Assembly (NCBI GenBank): GCA_032718475.1
Contig: JAUCBJ010007084.1
Span: 22,524 to 86,523 of the forward strand
Origin: Nemertoderma westbladi
Taxonomy: Eukaryota; Animalia; Xenacoelomorpha
Direction: 5' to 3'
DNA length: 64,000 nucleotides
Below are positions 50,601 through 61,711 of this stretch, piece by piece (position 1 is the first letter of the stretch; each line of letters begins with the position of its first letter). The notes under the pieces were generated by a model. That model saw only the letters and a list, made by a program, of their open reading frames with translations, made no database searches and was not told where the DNA came from. Made by a program: the position numbers and the translations under genes.

Positions 50601-51939
50601 CTAGATCATGATCAAATCTCGAACGAACTGCAACCTCACAAGATTGTTTGGAAGTTCAATCCTCCAGATAGTCCTTGGAGAGGCGGAGTCTGGGAGAGAT
50701 TGATTAGATCTATAAAGACAGCCATGGCAAAGGTCATTCCAGTAAACCACATACTGACAGACGACCAACTGACAACATTGTTTGTTGAAATCGAGGCAAT
50801 ACTAAATACTAGACCAATAGTATTAGTACCCGATGACAAACAATCTCAGTTCCCTTTGACACCGGCACACCTGCTTATGCAGGCACCGACCACTTTGACG
50901 CCGATTTCTATTCCAATAGAAAGCGACAGCTACGGTAGAAAAGCGTGGAAAATCACGCAACTACTGGCTAACAAATTCTGGGAAATATGGCAAAACCATT
51001 ATTTGCCCTCTATTTCTGCCAGAACAAACTGGTACAATAACACCCGCGCATTAAAGCCGGGAGATCACGTGCTGTTAGCGGAAGTGAATCTAAAAAGACG
51101 CTTCTGGATAACAGGTGTAATTTTAGCCACACATCCATCTATGGATGGAGTGACAAGGACTGTGACAGTACGGACAATTGACGGTCGTACAGTAGACAGA
51201 CCGACTCAACATCTCGTACTTCTTGAAGAGACTCGTAACGAGTCTGGAGACTACAAATCTCCACCTAATACTAGTAAATAATTAGGAGTTTACAAATAGA
51301 TTCCACGTACCTGTACACCGTAGTAAGGACAGCGGTAGAATTCCATTGTCTTTATATGTGAACATTGATGGTAGTACCCTTATGTCTCACATAGGAGCGG
51401 GATTTGTAGGTATAAGAAATGGAATTCTACTTGGAACTCACAATATTGAGACATTTTCGAAATTTTAGACAATCCATTTGGATTTGAAAATTTTTAAAAT
51501 TTTCTCCAGTGAATAGATTTCAGGGTACAGTCGGGTGGAACTTAAAATTAGAGAAACAAGAGAGGAAGACTTGCGAGCCTTTCTTAAAAATTTTTTAATT
51601 AAATTTTACACGGTCTTGTTTCAATAAGTTACGTCAAAATAGACTCCCCTATATTTATTACTAATTCTTGACTGCTTATTTTCTGATAATAGTTTGGGAT
51701 CAAAAGTGAGTATTTTAGACTCACAGCCAGTTTAGCCCAAATTCGTTTTTATTTCGGCAAAAAATTTTAGATAAGAAGCAGCGTGTCATTAAAGAAACCC
51801 TAGATCTTAGGCTATGGGTAGGAGGTTAGAGCGTTGTCGAGCCCAAAGGGCAGACGAAACTCTCACGTCTCCTCACAACTAACTACAAACTCTGTTGTAT
51901 TCCCTCTAGTAGTAATGATTATGTAACTACACCCTAATT

Positions 51940-54900
51940 ATGGAGAAAGGGATACAAGGAGAGCCGAGATGGGGATATGATATCCAAGAGGAGGCAGCAG
52001 CGCCATTCGAAAGATTTGGAGCCAAGGATTACACTATATTCGGTATAAAAGAATTATCGGAAAGTACAGCGAAACTCGCGAGAACTAAATATGACTCGAA
52101 TGTATTAAAGAGAAGGCAAAACGCATTAAACGAAAGAATCGAAAGTTTGCGCCAAACCTTCAACGAACTTTACCCGTACGATGCTTTGTGTGATACGGGA
52201 GACATTAGCGAAGACCCCGATACTGAAATTAGTCGTTTGTATCATACCATGCAATACCTAAAGGCGCACGAACCTATGCCCGCGGTACGCGATGAATTCG
52301 ATGGAATGCATCTTTACAGACGAACTCGAGGGGACGATAGAGAAACCAAGGAAGCATTTTCAGTTTATAAACTTTATTATCAATGCGGTTCTTGTATGCG
52401 CGAACAACGAAATGCGATTCCGATGCGTTTGAATAAGGAAAATCCCGAACCGATATTGGCGAGGTGTTCGAATCATCAACAACTACGCTACCAGGAAGGA
52501 GGGTATCCTTTATCGAATCCATATCATTCATTTGCTATGACCGGACCAAAGGCGGGAGAAACTGTCATTTACCCACCTAAGGTTGTTGAACCCGATGTAT
52601 TTGAACTTACGCTGGACGAGGCGAATCAGTCAACCCGCGAAAAGAAAGAAGCTCTTAGCCTATACAGAGCCTATAAGGCTTTCGAGAAAGGTGAGATGGA
52701 AGAATGGGGTGGAAGACTCGCGAGCCTACCTTGCCATTGGACGTCACACGATCAAACTTCAGCTAAGGAGATGACACCGGAAGTTTTCGAGAGCATAAAC
52801 TTTGCTCAAAACGTTATTCAGAGACTACAGATTGCATCCCCGGAGAGGCCAAGAGAAATGCAACCGTATAGTACTTCAACTACGAAACCATTGAGTACGA
52901 CACTCAATTTCCCTATTAGTATACCAGTCCGACAGGATACGACGTACGAAATACCCATCGTGGATCATCCAGAAATCATTTCAAACTTGGAGTTTCTTCC
53001 TGCAGTTGTTTTCAGCGATATGAGTAAGATATATGATTTACGTAGACATATTACTCAAAAGGTCGTGTACAACGTTCCACCTCATATTCAAGACTTTAAG
53101 GAACTGGATAGAGCTGGTGCCGATATAGCTCCGAGTAATCTGAAAGGATATCTAACCAAGACGATTCGTTTATGGATTGGAACCGGAACCTTCGAGTCGG
53201 ATACAGATATTGCCGCAGATTGGCGAGGTAAGGTTATTCGTTTCGAAGATGATAAGGACATAGAGAAGATTTGGCAACCTTCGGAAGAATTGTTGGATGA
53301 ATGGACTAGGACGTTTAGATCGTTTCAGGAAAACGGTTATATGTTTTATGATAACGAGGGCGGCAGTCATCAGCAGAGTTTGACTTCTAAGACTATACAG
53401 ATTAGAGCGGCGGACGGAGTCCTGCACGTTTTCAGTAGACAGAGGAGCGACAAACGAATGCCGATACCTCCAGCGAATACAAAGCGACACCATCTTATCA
53501 CCGATATAGTAAAGAAGATGGACCAAGCTTGTAATATTGACGCTAGAATGCAACCGAAGATGGTAAGAAACATGATTTTAGATAAAACTGTTGTAAAGGT
53601 TGGATCAGGAGTAAGGGAGGATTTAATTAGCGACTTCGCCGGCATGACGGACAGCGATGACCGACTACCGACACCATACGTCGACACTCGACCTCTTATT
53701 CTGTGGTCTATAGAACAGGGATATTTTCGTGAGTATAATACTCAGAAGACTGGAACTGGATACATTTCCTACCTGTTATTCAATTGGGATTATAAGGAAG
53801 GTAAGAGAAACAAGTATATTGAAACTTATGGAGAAGGTGATACTCCAGATATGAGTGAGTTTGAATCACAGCTTAAATGGAGAGGATGCGTGTATTGGGC
53901 TATTACGTCACCTCCAAGAGCGGTCTTACAATATTATTTAGCAATAGAGTCGTCAGTGAATGTTTGCCTAATCGCCGACATTGTGTCTCGGACTCTCAAA
54001 AGACATCCACTTTGTCTCGGAGAAGATCATACGTTCTACATGGAAGGGAGAATTCGTACCGACGTGTTTAGACGATTCCTTGAACCCTTCTACAACTCCG
54101 ACGCTCAGTGTAATGCCTTTACTCGAGCAGGATTTAGTATATTTCGAGACGTGTATCTTCGCTGTGCGGGATCTCTTATCGAAAGACCATCTATGTTTAC
54201 ATTGTTACCCTATGAAGGAGAACGTATCGTGGAAATTACGGATGAATCACGGCAGACGCGCGCGCCTATCGGTCACCTTGGTGATGAATTCGAAGTAACT
54301 ACTACGATCGCCGACGATCCTTTAGAGGAACTTCTTGAGATAGAAAGGAACCTCCCGAAGAAATCTCAGACGGAGATTCGACAACTTGAAGCAACAGATG
54401 CTATAGTTTGTATACAACCTTCAGAAACCTACCAACCCATAGACCCAGATGATTACGATTATAGTATGGGAGGAAGCGCTCGACCGATTGGAGATCTTAT
54501 ATACGAACGAGTGTGGTACCCTGCTAATACGATGTGTAGTAAATGTGGCGTCGCTGGACATCATATGGCAAAGTGCAGTGGAAAGCACATTACTACGACT
54601 CAGCTAATCTGTGGATGGTGTGGGGATCAAGGGTCTCATACCTTTTATACTTGCTGGAGATTTATGGCTCAGTGTACTTATTGCAATATAAAGGGACATC
54701 GAGCATCTGAATGCCAACTAAGGGACATACCTTATGAACACGAATCTGTAAAACTCGTGAGGAAGTTATTTGATGAGTGGGAAGATTTAGCCGACGAACA
54801 TGTATCAGCACAAAGAAGACGGTTTCCGATGAGAGCGCATCTCGGATTTTGGGCGGTAAATCCTCAGACGATGATGTCGGAAGGATATATCTCCGCTATG

Positions 54901-55665
54901 CCCCAATATGACGAACTTATCGAGGTTGTCGATATTTTGCCCCACGACAGCGGATTCCGAGTGGTGCGCGAGTATCTGTTACAAATTCACCCGGATAACA
55001 AAAACACGTGGAATTTTCAGAAAGTCGTTAATCGGATTACGTATGGTGAATTCGATCGTTTCCGAACTGAAAAGCGGAACAAGGGAGCTTGGTTAACCGT
55101 CGCATGGGCGTACCGAGCCGCGTTTTACCACAAACGTATACGAGCGAGCGTATTCGAGGAAGAAGAGGTCCTAGAGGCGACAAATATACCAGCCACTCCG
55201 GTTGCGCCGTCTGCACGTCACCCTCGGGAGGACGGGCAGGGTAGGATCATACGGGTCCAGAAGGTGGGCCAACAATTGAAGAAAATTATTAATGTAGAAG
55301 AACGCAAGGGAGTTGAGCCGACCATTCGAGTCACTCGGGATACGGTATCACTTCCAAGAGAACCAGTAGGAGGATCGGGACATACACCAGCTGATCAACA
55401 GGGGGCGCAAGCTACTCTTGGGTCTGCGTCGTCCGCCTTTCGCGCGTTCCCAGACGTTCTACCAATTGTAGTGACGACTGATCGGTCACGAGGAATTGGT
55501 CGAGGTTTTGGGATGCCAAATAGACGAATTTGCGAGGAAATGGTCGCACCGTCTCTCAACGTCCCAAGTAAACCAGTGACTCGCCCCATTAGTCCCATAT
55601 CGCGAGCAAAGTCACCTGTGCGTAGTTTTCGAGGACGCGGCAGGGCTCGATCAACTAAGCGATAA
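51940..55665 (+). CDS. Element C ORF3, 1241 aa: putative DEDDy-type 3'-5' exonuclease + CCHC zinc-knuckle protein
   Basis: Intact ORF. ExoI D471/E473 (FYDNE), ExoII D561 (KVGSGVRED), ExoIII Y666-x3-E670; three CCHC-type knuckles; RGRGR tail; no evident signal peptide or TM helix. Confidence 0.85.
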   Translation: MEKGIQGEPRWGYDIQEEAAAPFERFGAKDYTIFGIKELSESTAKLARTKYDSNVLKRRQNALNERIESLRQTFNELYPYDALCDTGDISEDPDTEISRLYHTMQYLKAHEPMPAVRDEFDGMHLYRRTRGDDRETKEAFSVYKLYYQCGSCMREQRNAIPMRLNKENPEPILARCSNHQQLRYQEGGYPLSNPYHSFAMTGPKAGETVIYPPKVVEPDVFELTLDEANQSTREKKEALSLYRAYKAFEKGEMEEWGGRLASLPCHWTSHDQTSAKEMTPEVFESINFAQNVIQRLQIASPERPREMQPYSTSTTKPLSTTLNFPISIPVRQDTTYEIPIVDHPEIISNLEFLPAVVFSDMSKIYDLRRHITQKVVYNVPPHIQDFKELDRAGADIAPSNLKGYLTKTIRLWIGTGTFESDTDIAADWRGKVIRFEDDKDIEKIWQPSEELLDEWTRTFRSFQENGYMFYDNEGGSHQQSLTSKTIQIRAADGVLHVFSRQRSDKRMPIPPANTKRHHLITDIVKKMDQACNIDARMQPKMVRNMILDKTVVKVGSGVREDLISDFAGMTDSDDRLPTPYVDTRPLILWSIEQGYFREYNTQKTGTGYISYLLFNWDYKEGKRNKYIETYGEGDTPDMSEFESQLKWRGCVYWAITSPPRAVLQYYLAIESSVNVCLIADIVSRTLKRHPLCLGEDHTFYMEGRIRTDVFRRFLEPFYNSDAQCNAFTRAGFSIFRDVYLRCAGSLIERPSMFTLLPYEGERIVEITDESRQTRAPIGHLGDEFEVTTTIADDPLEELLEIERNLPKKSQTEIRQLEATDAIVCIQPSETYQPIDPDDYDYSMGGSARPIGDLIYERVWYPANTMCSKCGVAGHHMAKCSGKHITTTQLICGWCGDQGSHTFYTCWRFMAQCTYCNIKGHRASECQLRDIPYEHESVKLVRKLFDEWEDLADEHVSAQRRRFPMRAHLGFWAVNPQTMMSEGYISAMPQYDELIEVVDILPHDSGFRVVREYLLQIHPDNKNTWNFQKVVNRITYGEFDRFRTEKRNKGAWLTVAWAYRAAFYHKRIRASVFEEEEVLEATNIPATPVAPSARHPREDGQGRIIRVQKVGQQLKKIINVEERKGVEPTIRVTRDTVSLPREPVGGSGHTPADQQGAQATLGSASSAFRAFPDVLPIVVTTDRSRGIGRGFGMPNRRICEEMVAPSLNVPSKPVTRPISPISRAKSPVRSFRGRGRARSTKR

Positions 55666-56580
55666 AAGGGAGGGCAAGGGTGGACGTAAGACTCGTGGGC
55701 CTTTCTTATGATTTTGTGATTTATTTTGAATTATATGTTTTATATTTAGAAAGTTTTGTATTCTGGGAAAGACTTATATTTAGTAAAACTTATATTTAGT
55801 AAAACTTATATTTTATATTTGTGCTTATTCCGAACTTATGCAATTTGTATTGTTCCGAATTTATGAAATTTAGAGAGTTTATATTTAGAAGGAACTTATA
55901 TTTGAAAGATTTATGTTTCATATTTGAAGATGCAAAGGAGTTTATATTATTCTAAACTTATGCAGTTTATATCTATATTTAGTAAGACTTATATTTGTAA
56001 GAATTTATATTTTATATTTGTGATTATTCCGAACTTATGCAATTTATATTATTCCGAACTTATGCAATTTATATTGTTCCGAATATTATGCAATTTATAT
56101 TTTATAAGCAGTATTTGTATTTACAGTGAAATAGAAAGTTTTATAGATAGAAAATTTTGTGCTCAGAAAGACTCATATTTGTAATTATTCCAAACTTATG
56201 CAATCTACATTTAGGTACGAAAGTATTTGTAATTACTTGAATTTATGCAATATTTGAGATGCAATAGTAGATGGAAGACTCGCGAGCCTTTCTTATTGTT
56301 TCATTTATTTGTATTTGTAATTGTTTGAATTTATGCAATATTTGAGATGCAATAGATTTATATTGGTGAATTTAATTTAGATTTATATTGTACTTACTTA
56401 GTAAAGCCTTAAATACGTAAAGTTTGAATTTGTAATTATTTTGTATTGAATCATTACGTAGAAAGGAAGTATTGTTTGAAATTTAATTGTAAATATGTAA
56501 GTACGCCCTAAGTATTCTATAGTTTGATTGATTATTGGTGAAAACCGTATATTTTATGCACGATAATATCCTGTTTTCAT

Positions 56581-56587
56581 GGAGCGG
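56581..56587 (+). other. Short polypurine tract (GGAGCGG) of element C
   Basis: Abuts the 3' LTR start, as in B. Confidence 0.8.
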
Positions 56588-58523
56588 TATAGAATTATAT
56601 TCCCTAAATGCCGTGGATTTTCAAAATTTTATTTTATTCGAATTAACTTTGTAAAGATTGCTTTGAGTTCTCATTCGTATTGGTTCTATCATTTGTACAT
56701 CTATCGGTCAAGTGGTTCAGTAGCTCAGTTGGTAGAGCGTTGGAAATTATATGTGTAGTAGGTATCGAGTTCGAATCCTAGTAAGTGCGAATTATTTTTT
56801 GTGCAGAATTTCAACTCATTTAAATTAACCGCTACAAATTAATTGCATTTGTCTGTACCAATGAGGCTGTAGTTATTTGATTGTAACCAATGTCGTGCAA
56901 GTTATATATTAGCTGGACCAATAGCTATCTTTAAAACCTTGTTAGAACCCATAGAACAATCGAGAATTTTCTCGATTGATTGCGGCACAAATTTAGTATA
57001 TAAAGGTGCGATTTCGTTCATTAGTTATCACACTTACACAAACTTCTTATACAATCTATTATATCAATATTCACATCTATTCTGTCGTGCTTAGTTTATT
57101 TCAGATTACATTGTACATATTATTATAATCTTTTGTAATAAAAGTTAGAAATACTAGTCACATCTCAGCCCTTTTCTATCTGTTTTACTATGGATTCACT
57201 ACGGTGAACAAACTCAGGGACAGGATGGCCGGCTAGAGATCGGGCCGCAGCAATGAACGGGAACATCGGGGGAATGTAGACGAGAGACAACCCGCAATAC
57301 CATCTAGAGTTATTCGCCCATCGCCTGAAAGGTTAGACAGCGTTCGATCCTTGCTACCTAAGTGTAAGACCAAAAGATCAAAAGGTAGACGCTGTAAGCC
57401 TAAAATTACATCATAGGGACTGTACTGTCTTGATTCAGGAAAAACCGCAGTAGACCTTCATATTCCTACGGGGGGGAGGGAGAGAGAGCAGAGATACTAG
57501 TACGCAGATAGGACGTAGGCACACCGGTACAAGGCATACACATTGGTTAGGGTGCAGCAAACTGTACGCTTAACTCTTGCTAAGTACAGGTGCGTCTGTG
57601 ACTATTTGCCGTACAACGGTGTCCATTACATCAGAACTTGTAGGCTAGGAGGGTTGCTGTGTTTTCACCTGAATTGGGATTGTACCGTTCAGGCGGTAGG
57701 GCAGTTTACACTAGGCGCAAATAAATTGAGGCTATTAGGGATACTAACATCTACCGTGTCCCCGCCAACGCCCTAATAGGAAGTTACCTGGACTACCTGG
57801 GTGACTAAAATTCTAGATAGGAGCCAGGATAGCTATTAGTAACTGTACGCCTACAGTAGTAAACTAACACATCTCTTCTTAGTATCAGGGACCTGGTACC
57901 TAAAATTGCCGAATTCTGGGCGTAGTATTAACCTTATGCCTGAATTTGAGTCCTGGAAATACGCAAGAGGGGAAGGAACCTTATCATTCGTGAGTATTGG
58001 ACCTACAAGTTACAAAATTAGAATATTTGTAAAATGCACACCGTACCCAGTAATTATATATGTGAAGGAGCAAAACTGCTTTGACCGTTCAGAATTAACA
58101 CACGCGCGTTAGAAATTATTTACACCTCAAAATATATAAAATTAACTTTCGTCCTTACTGCACTTTGCTCGCTAGTTAGACATCTCCAAATCTCTGCCTC
58201 TGTACCTAGCTAGCGTCCCTTTGCCCAACCATATAAATCACACCGCGGCAAAGTATACGAGCCCCTTAGTCCGTCAGCAAGTCAGCCTGATTTTAGGATT
58301 CGCTGCGCGGGATTTTGTTTCATCGAAGTTTGTCTGCTCGTAGACTGTTTTCTGCCTCACCGGTTATAAGAGATCGATACTGCAATATATTCGCTTACTT
58401 AGAGTTTACTGTTTTGGTGAGAAGGTCGGATTTATGATTTGATTTACAAACTTTACAGTAGGATATTGCAGGTATTGTTACCGTCTCTTCCATTTAGTAG
58501 GAATAGGCGTATCTCTTCAATTA
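56588..58523 (+). repeat. 3' LTR of element C (1936 bp)
   Basis: Direct repeat of 39612-41556. Confidence 0.93.
56714..56800 (+). promoter_or_regulatory. tRNA-like Pol III cassette in the C 3' LTR
   Basis: Identical box A, box B and T6. Confidence 0.75.
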
Positions 58524-60150
58524 TTATTATTATTAAATACAACAACCATTTTTAGGGGGTCGGAGCCCCCCCCCCCCCCCCCCCCCCGCTAATTATTTTC
58601 AAATTTCAATAAAATGCTACGAAATTTGGTATGATGATAGATCGACACCTTTCTTACTGGTGGCCTGGCCGGATTTTTTAATTTATGAGCTATTTCGATA
58701 CGACAAGCCGTTAAAAATCGTCTATTTCGCAATATTTAGCCACCTCTGTCGGCTTTATTTTTCGTCTTTGGAATGCGATCTAGATATCATTAGATCCGCC
58801 TTCATCTGCAGATTCTGAATCTGAAACCCGTTGTAAATTTCACCAAGAACTTCCAGAGATATTAACAAAATTGTAAATTAAAATATATAATAAAAATAAA
58901 AAATAATAAAAAATAAAACGTGTAAATTTTTGTGACGTAAATCGCTATAATTCTAATGTTTTTTTTACTAAATTCTAGAATATTAAATATGGGTATAATG
59001 AAAAAACAAGATGGTGAGTTTTAACTTATCTGACCTGAGTTTATTTCTTATTGAAGTATATTTGACTTATTCTAATTTAGTAAATTTCTTAATGAATTAT
59101 ATTTACTTATTTACAACATATTTACTGTTTTGATTGACACTATTTATTTTACTAGAAACGCAACGCAAGCGTTGCCGTAAGGAGCCCTTTTCACCGAGTT
59201 ATGAAGACCCTGAAATTGGTATGGTTTTTTGTTTATGTTCAGTTTGTTTACCGTCGATTGGATCAACATTGCCGAGAGCTGGAGTAGAATTATAACCCGA
59301 CATCGCGGCACCTTTATTAGTGTGTATTTGTGTGGATGTGGATATGTTTGTGGTTCCACTATAGCACTAAAGGACTCCAGCCTATTCGAACGTATCGCAA
59401 TATATAAATAAACATACGTGTTGCGTCGGTTTGATTGTTTCGTACGCGTCACAGCAGGCTGGGGTGTTACTGGTTGTTTGGCCGAGGCCGTTAGAGAAAA
59501 GTCAATTGAGTTAATGTTGTTGTTCGACGGTCTGATATGATATATTTGGTTAATTGGATGCAGAATAAGTGATACCGGTATAGTAACTAAACAGCCAATG
59601 TACCCTGGCCCATGTGAGGATCGAACCTTATTATTATTTATACACAATTCCGGGTGTAATCCGGGCTCCTTTACTAAGTGTTGCGGGAAGTGTCAACTTA
59701 TGCAGGGGATTAGTTCGTTAGTGGATACATTGTCTTTATACGCAGTTTCAGTTAGTACCAATAAAACAAGATTTAATAATGCTTAGAACAATAAAAGTGT
59801 ATATTTTAATGTTACAGTAGTTGCAATATTGATAGATAAACCGTCATAAATAAACTGGTAAGAAATAGTAGCCACTTTGAGGAGTGGTACTTGCCTGGGA
59901 ACTAAATAATATACCGTTAGTCCTAAAATCATCTACAACAATTATGTTATATAAACTCAGCTTTAAATACTGGTAAACCAATAATGAATCCAATTTAAGC
60001 ATTTAACCAATCACAGGGCGAGGAATCGCACTGTGCAAATAGAACCAACAACAGTAAGCTGACATTGTAGTTAACTGTTCATTATGAAGCCTAACACAGA
60101 TAAAACTGTAGCCATGGTTACCGTTTACCGTATAAGTAAAGGGCCATTAA

Positions 60151-61711
60151 CCCTATTAAACCCGGGGGGGGGGGGGTCAATATGACCCCCCCCGTGGTTT
60201 TTTTATTATAATTCTGAAACAAACGCAGTTGGGAATCTGAAATTTTATGACTTTTCCTAAAAATCTATTGTCTTCCTAGTAGTGAAAACCGTTTTCAAAA
60301 ATATTGGGTACTTTTCGAGTTATAGCACCATTTTTTAACCCTACTTTTGGCACTTTTTTTGAGACGTTTTTTGAAAATTACATTTCATTAAATATGAATT
60401 GTAACATCTCTATTTTTGATTTACACCGGTTTTTTGGTGTTAGAAATTTGATGGAATTCATATAAATTGATTTAGAAATTTCAAACTTGTTTTTTTCGGT
60501 GGGTGCCAAATTTTGGTGCCAGCACCAAATTTTGAATTATGTCAATTTTGTAAATTGATTGTTTGAAACTTGTTTTTTACGCAATTGGGGTTTTTTGGGG
60601 TTCTGGATTCGTTGAAATATATACGAGTTGCACCAAGCGTATCAAACTTGTATTTTTCGGTGCTGTGTGCAAATTTTGGTGCTAGCACGAAATTTTGAAA
60701 ATTCATTCGATAGATAAAATTGCTTGTGACAATTTATTACTTGCGTTTTAGAGGTTTATGGCTGTTCTGAATTCAATGAAATAAATAATTATCGAACTAG
60801 ACATCTCAAACTTGTATTTTTCGGATGTGGGTGCAAAATGTGGTGCTAGCACCAAATTTTGAAAACCATCAAATATATCAATTGATTGTGTCACCTTGTT
60901 TCTTGCGTTATACGGGTTTGTGATGGTTCTGAATTCAATGGAATCAGTAAAAATTTCATAAGAGTTCTCAAACTGGTATTTTTCGCCAGTGGGTGAAAAT
61001 TGTTGTGCCAGCACCAAATTTTGGAAAATATGCAAATTTATCAGTAGATAGTATCACCTTGTTTCTTGCGTTATACGGGTTTATGAGGGTCCTGAATCCG
61101 ATGGAATCAATAAAAACAGCACTGGACATCGCAAACTTGTACTTTTTGGTGATGGGTACGAAATTTGGTGCTAGCACCAAAATTTGCCAAATTACGCCGA
61201 AAAATACAAGTATCAATGATCTGGCATATTAGAAATGTATTCCATTAGAATCAGCGCAATCGAAAACCTGAAAATGTGAATTTATAGCATCGTATAAGTG
61301 AATTTAAAATTGTGTGTTCTACCTGAAAAGTGCTGGTTACTTGTTTTTTTCATTTTTTTCCTACGCAGAGAGGATTAAACGGCCATTTATAGTAATCATA
61401 TCATTTTTAAATATTTTCCAATGTTTTTTGCACCCCAGAAAACCTGTATTGAAAAATAATTAGCCGAAAATGTAACTTTCAAATTTTGTGAAAATTGTGC
61501 ACTACTTGTAATTTTGGTGCTGCAATATAACCACCCCAGTACATTTTTTCGAAAATTTTTTTTTCGGTCGGATCCAGACAAGTGATACCTACGTACAAAC
61601 AAAAAATCAGACGTTTTCGTAAATATTTGTAGATTTTAGAGGGGGGGGGGGGGGTCAATATGACCCCCTCCCGGTATTTGTACAGCATTTTATAGCCCGG
61701 TACTAATAGGG
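60151..61711. mobile_element. Non-autonomous piggyBac-like DNA transposon (1561 bp)
   Basis: TTAA|CCCTATTA...TAATAGGG|TTAA; subterminal ggggtcaatatgacccc palindrome at both ends; no transposase. Confidence 0.85.
60470..61220. repeat. Five diverged ~162-bp tandem units inside the piggyBac-like element
   Basis: caaact[t/g]gt..tttt at about 60482, 60643, 60807, 60969 and 61132, each followed by a tggtgc(t/c)agcac palindrome. Confidence 0.8.

Larger units (their letters stand above)
42367..51281 (+). pseudogene. pol: Element C single gag-pol polyprotein (~2970 codons) with three lesions
   Basis: TGA at 43723, 1-nt deletion near 43814, TGA at 47715 (CGA in A). All motifs present: capsid-like PPKFSG, 3 Zn fingers, ILDSAS, FYVDD, FSDAS, integrase D-D-E. 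Confidence 0.94.
39612..58523 (+). mobile_element. Element C: full-length 18.9-kb BEL/Pao LTR retrotransposon inserted in an (ATT)n microsatellite
   Basis: Near-identical LTRs, TTATT flanks (39607-39611 / 58524-58528), gag-PR-RT-RH-IN plus extra ORF, PPT. Confidence 0.96.

Noticed and set aside
51940-55665. ORF3 as an env gene
   Set aside because: No signal peptide or transmembrane helix; cysteines fall in intracellular CCHC patterns.
58550-60140. Further MITE/Helitron-like fragments and a 167-aa ORF (59144-59647)
   Set aside because: No matching termini, TSD or protein motif could be established.
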